Below, piece by piece: positions 62,400 through 64,000 of a stretch of DNA of 64,000 nt. The stretch's first letter is position 1; each line of letters begins with the position of its first letter. Made by a program: the position numbers and the translations under genes. Origin of the DNA: Vicugna vicugna. Its lineage: Eukaryota. Where the stretch lies: the NCBI GenBank assembly GCA_013265495.1, contig MU061750.1:403216-467215 (forward strand), written 5' to 3'. The notes below the pieces were generated by a model. That model was not told the DNA's origin. It saw only the letters and a program-made list of their open reading frames with translations, and did no database searches.

Positions 62400-62600
62400 T
62401 GCTATTCGCAGGCAAGAGTGTTACTGTTTTATCACTGGTATTATTAATGATATGATATGTGTTGTGGTTACTGTTGGTTATTTTTGTTGTTATTAGTAGT
62501 AGCAGTGTTGGCATTCCTGCTTCGCAGATGAGAAACTGAAGCAGAAAGGGGGTAAGTGACTGACTGCAGACAACACAGCACATTTCTGGCAGGGCAGAGC
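62400..62600 (-). mobile_element. MIR fragment with a low-complexity head
   Basis: cagatgagaaactgaagcagaaagggggtaagtgact. Confidence 0.55.
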
Positions 62601-62639
62601 CCATGACCCAGGAACTCCAGGAATAATATCCAATAAATG

Positions 62640-64000
62640 TTTCAGTTCTGCTTACAAAGGTATCATTTACCAAATTAGTTTAAGAGAAAAGAGAAAAAGG
62701 TTTTCTTAGATCTGGAGAAATAAAACACGAGAAAATTGGCAATGTTTCAAATTTTTAAAATCATACAAAATTACCGTCATCTTTTTCAGTTCACTTAGTT
62801 AGTCCCAGGTAATTCATTTTTGTTTTGCTTGATCTTTTGTTAGAAGTTTTATGAAGCTATCAGTTTCTCCGCTAGGGTTCTCTAAATTCTTCCCCAGTTT
62901 AGTGGTATGATTTGAAAGTCATCTGAAACTTTAATTCTAGAGTACTTGTTAGATTCCTTTCCATGAATTTCTCTGAAGATAAAACACATTTGCAGGAAAC
63001 TTTTACAAAAGCATCTGAATAAACAGTAACCATATATAACGGAAGACTTTAAAATGTCCATTATTAAAGTTCTGATTCATTATAGTGAAATAGACCAGGA
63101 AATTTGATTATTACTGTGACACACAACATTTTAAGATAACAACTAGAATTATGACTGATAAATTATATAAGGACATATCCAAATTTCAGGAATTGCATGT
63201 GATTTTTAGAACATTTACACTAGCAACATTACCCATACAATATAATTTAAGAAGGTTTGTCATCATTTATTTGACAACGCTTCTCACATAATTTACCATG
63301 TCAAATAAGCCTAATTAGGTTCCTATCTCTTTTACAAGGAGAGAAAACAGATCTTTTGAGGTGTTCCTGGGGTCCTCTGGAAGATCCCGAAGCTGTTCTT
63401 AGGGCAGTAAGACTTCATTTAGAATTTGACTTTTGGGAAGTTTGTTGAAAATATCAAAAATATTTCAAAACACTTGGTCAAATAGGATCATAGGTCATTA
63501 TGAAACAATACTTAGTTATCCATTTAATCACAGTGACAAAGACTTTGCAGGCAAATACAGAAAGTTAAATAGTTACAAAAGTCTTAGCTCTTTTAATTGA
63601 AAAGACTAACTTTTTTCCCCCCTAAGTAATCAAAGGTCTAATAAATATGAAATACAGAATCCTTGTTTTTCTAGACTGATTGCATTACAGGTAAAGAAAA
63701 TCTTTGTTTACAATTTCTCATCAAGAACAAGTTAGTCCTTTTAATAGAGAGAAAAACCAAGTTTTAATTTTGTATCAGCTTACTTTTGACATTAAGATAT
63801 ATTTACTTAATTGAATTTATTCCAGTCTTAGTCCTAACCATACATTAAATTCCTTCCCAAAGATTCCTTTTTTCCCTGAGAGAACAATTTTGCTCCAATA
63901 TCTTGATTTTTAAAGTAATATCTGCAAGCATTTTAAGAAGAATAAGCAAGGTTGAGAGCTTGGTAAAGATGGGTGAGTTTTGACTTGTTTTTAGAGTTGC
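62640..64000 (-). mobile_element. ERV1 (MER4-group) internal sequence, running off the window
   Basis: AT-rich tract with gataacaactagaattatgactgata, ggacatatccaaatttcaggaatt and catataacggaagact, typical of MER4/MER34/MER57-type internals as I recall them. Confidence 0.6.

Noticed and set aside
1-64000. Prokaryotic-type systems (CRISPR arrays, operons, defence islands) or an intact retroviral/transposase ORF
   Set aside because: The sequence is mammalian. There are no regularly spaced repeat-spacer arrays and no intact gag/pol/env, transposase or L1 ORFs.

Overview
Eutherian genomic DNA, most likely camelid. The young L1 3' ends at 4.1, 14.9, 36.2, 42.1 and 50.4 kb resemble camelid/cetartiodactyl L1s as I recall them, and I saw no Alu, BovB/Bov-A2, PRE-1, CanSINE or ERE SINEs. 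The window is AT-rich, repeat-dense and apparently non-coding (intergenic or a large intron). I can support no host protein-coding gene, tRNA, rRNA, snoRNA, miRNA or CRISPR array. The only recognisable protein sequences are LINE remnants (L1 ORF2p C-terminus, L2 endonuclease motif). Much of the window is MIR, L2, old L1M/HAL1, MaLR (MLT1) LTRs, hAT MITEs, two ERV1-type solo LTRs and an ERV1 internal segment at the right end. Seven N runs total 1494 nt. The best-supported oddity is an L1 insertion lacking its RT region and flanked by a ~130-bp, ~93% identical target-site duplication. Other candidates are a CpG-rich LTR carrying NF-kB, GAS and NRF1-like motifs, a possible DeuSINE/AmnSINE remnant, a PBX/MEIS motif cluster, a p53-type element and a promoter-like hub at 39.7-41.1 kb partly hidden by Ns. 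I did not find evidence for a new multi-gene biological system. Repeat family names come from recalled consensus sequences, and boundaries are approximate unless a TSD fixes them.
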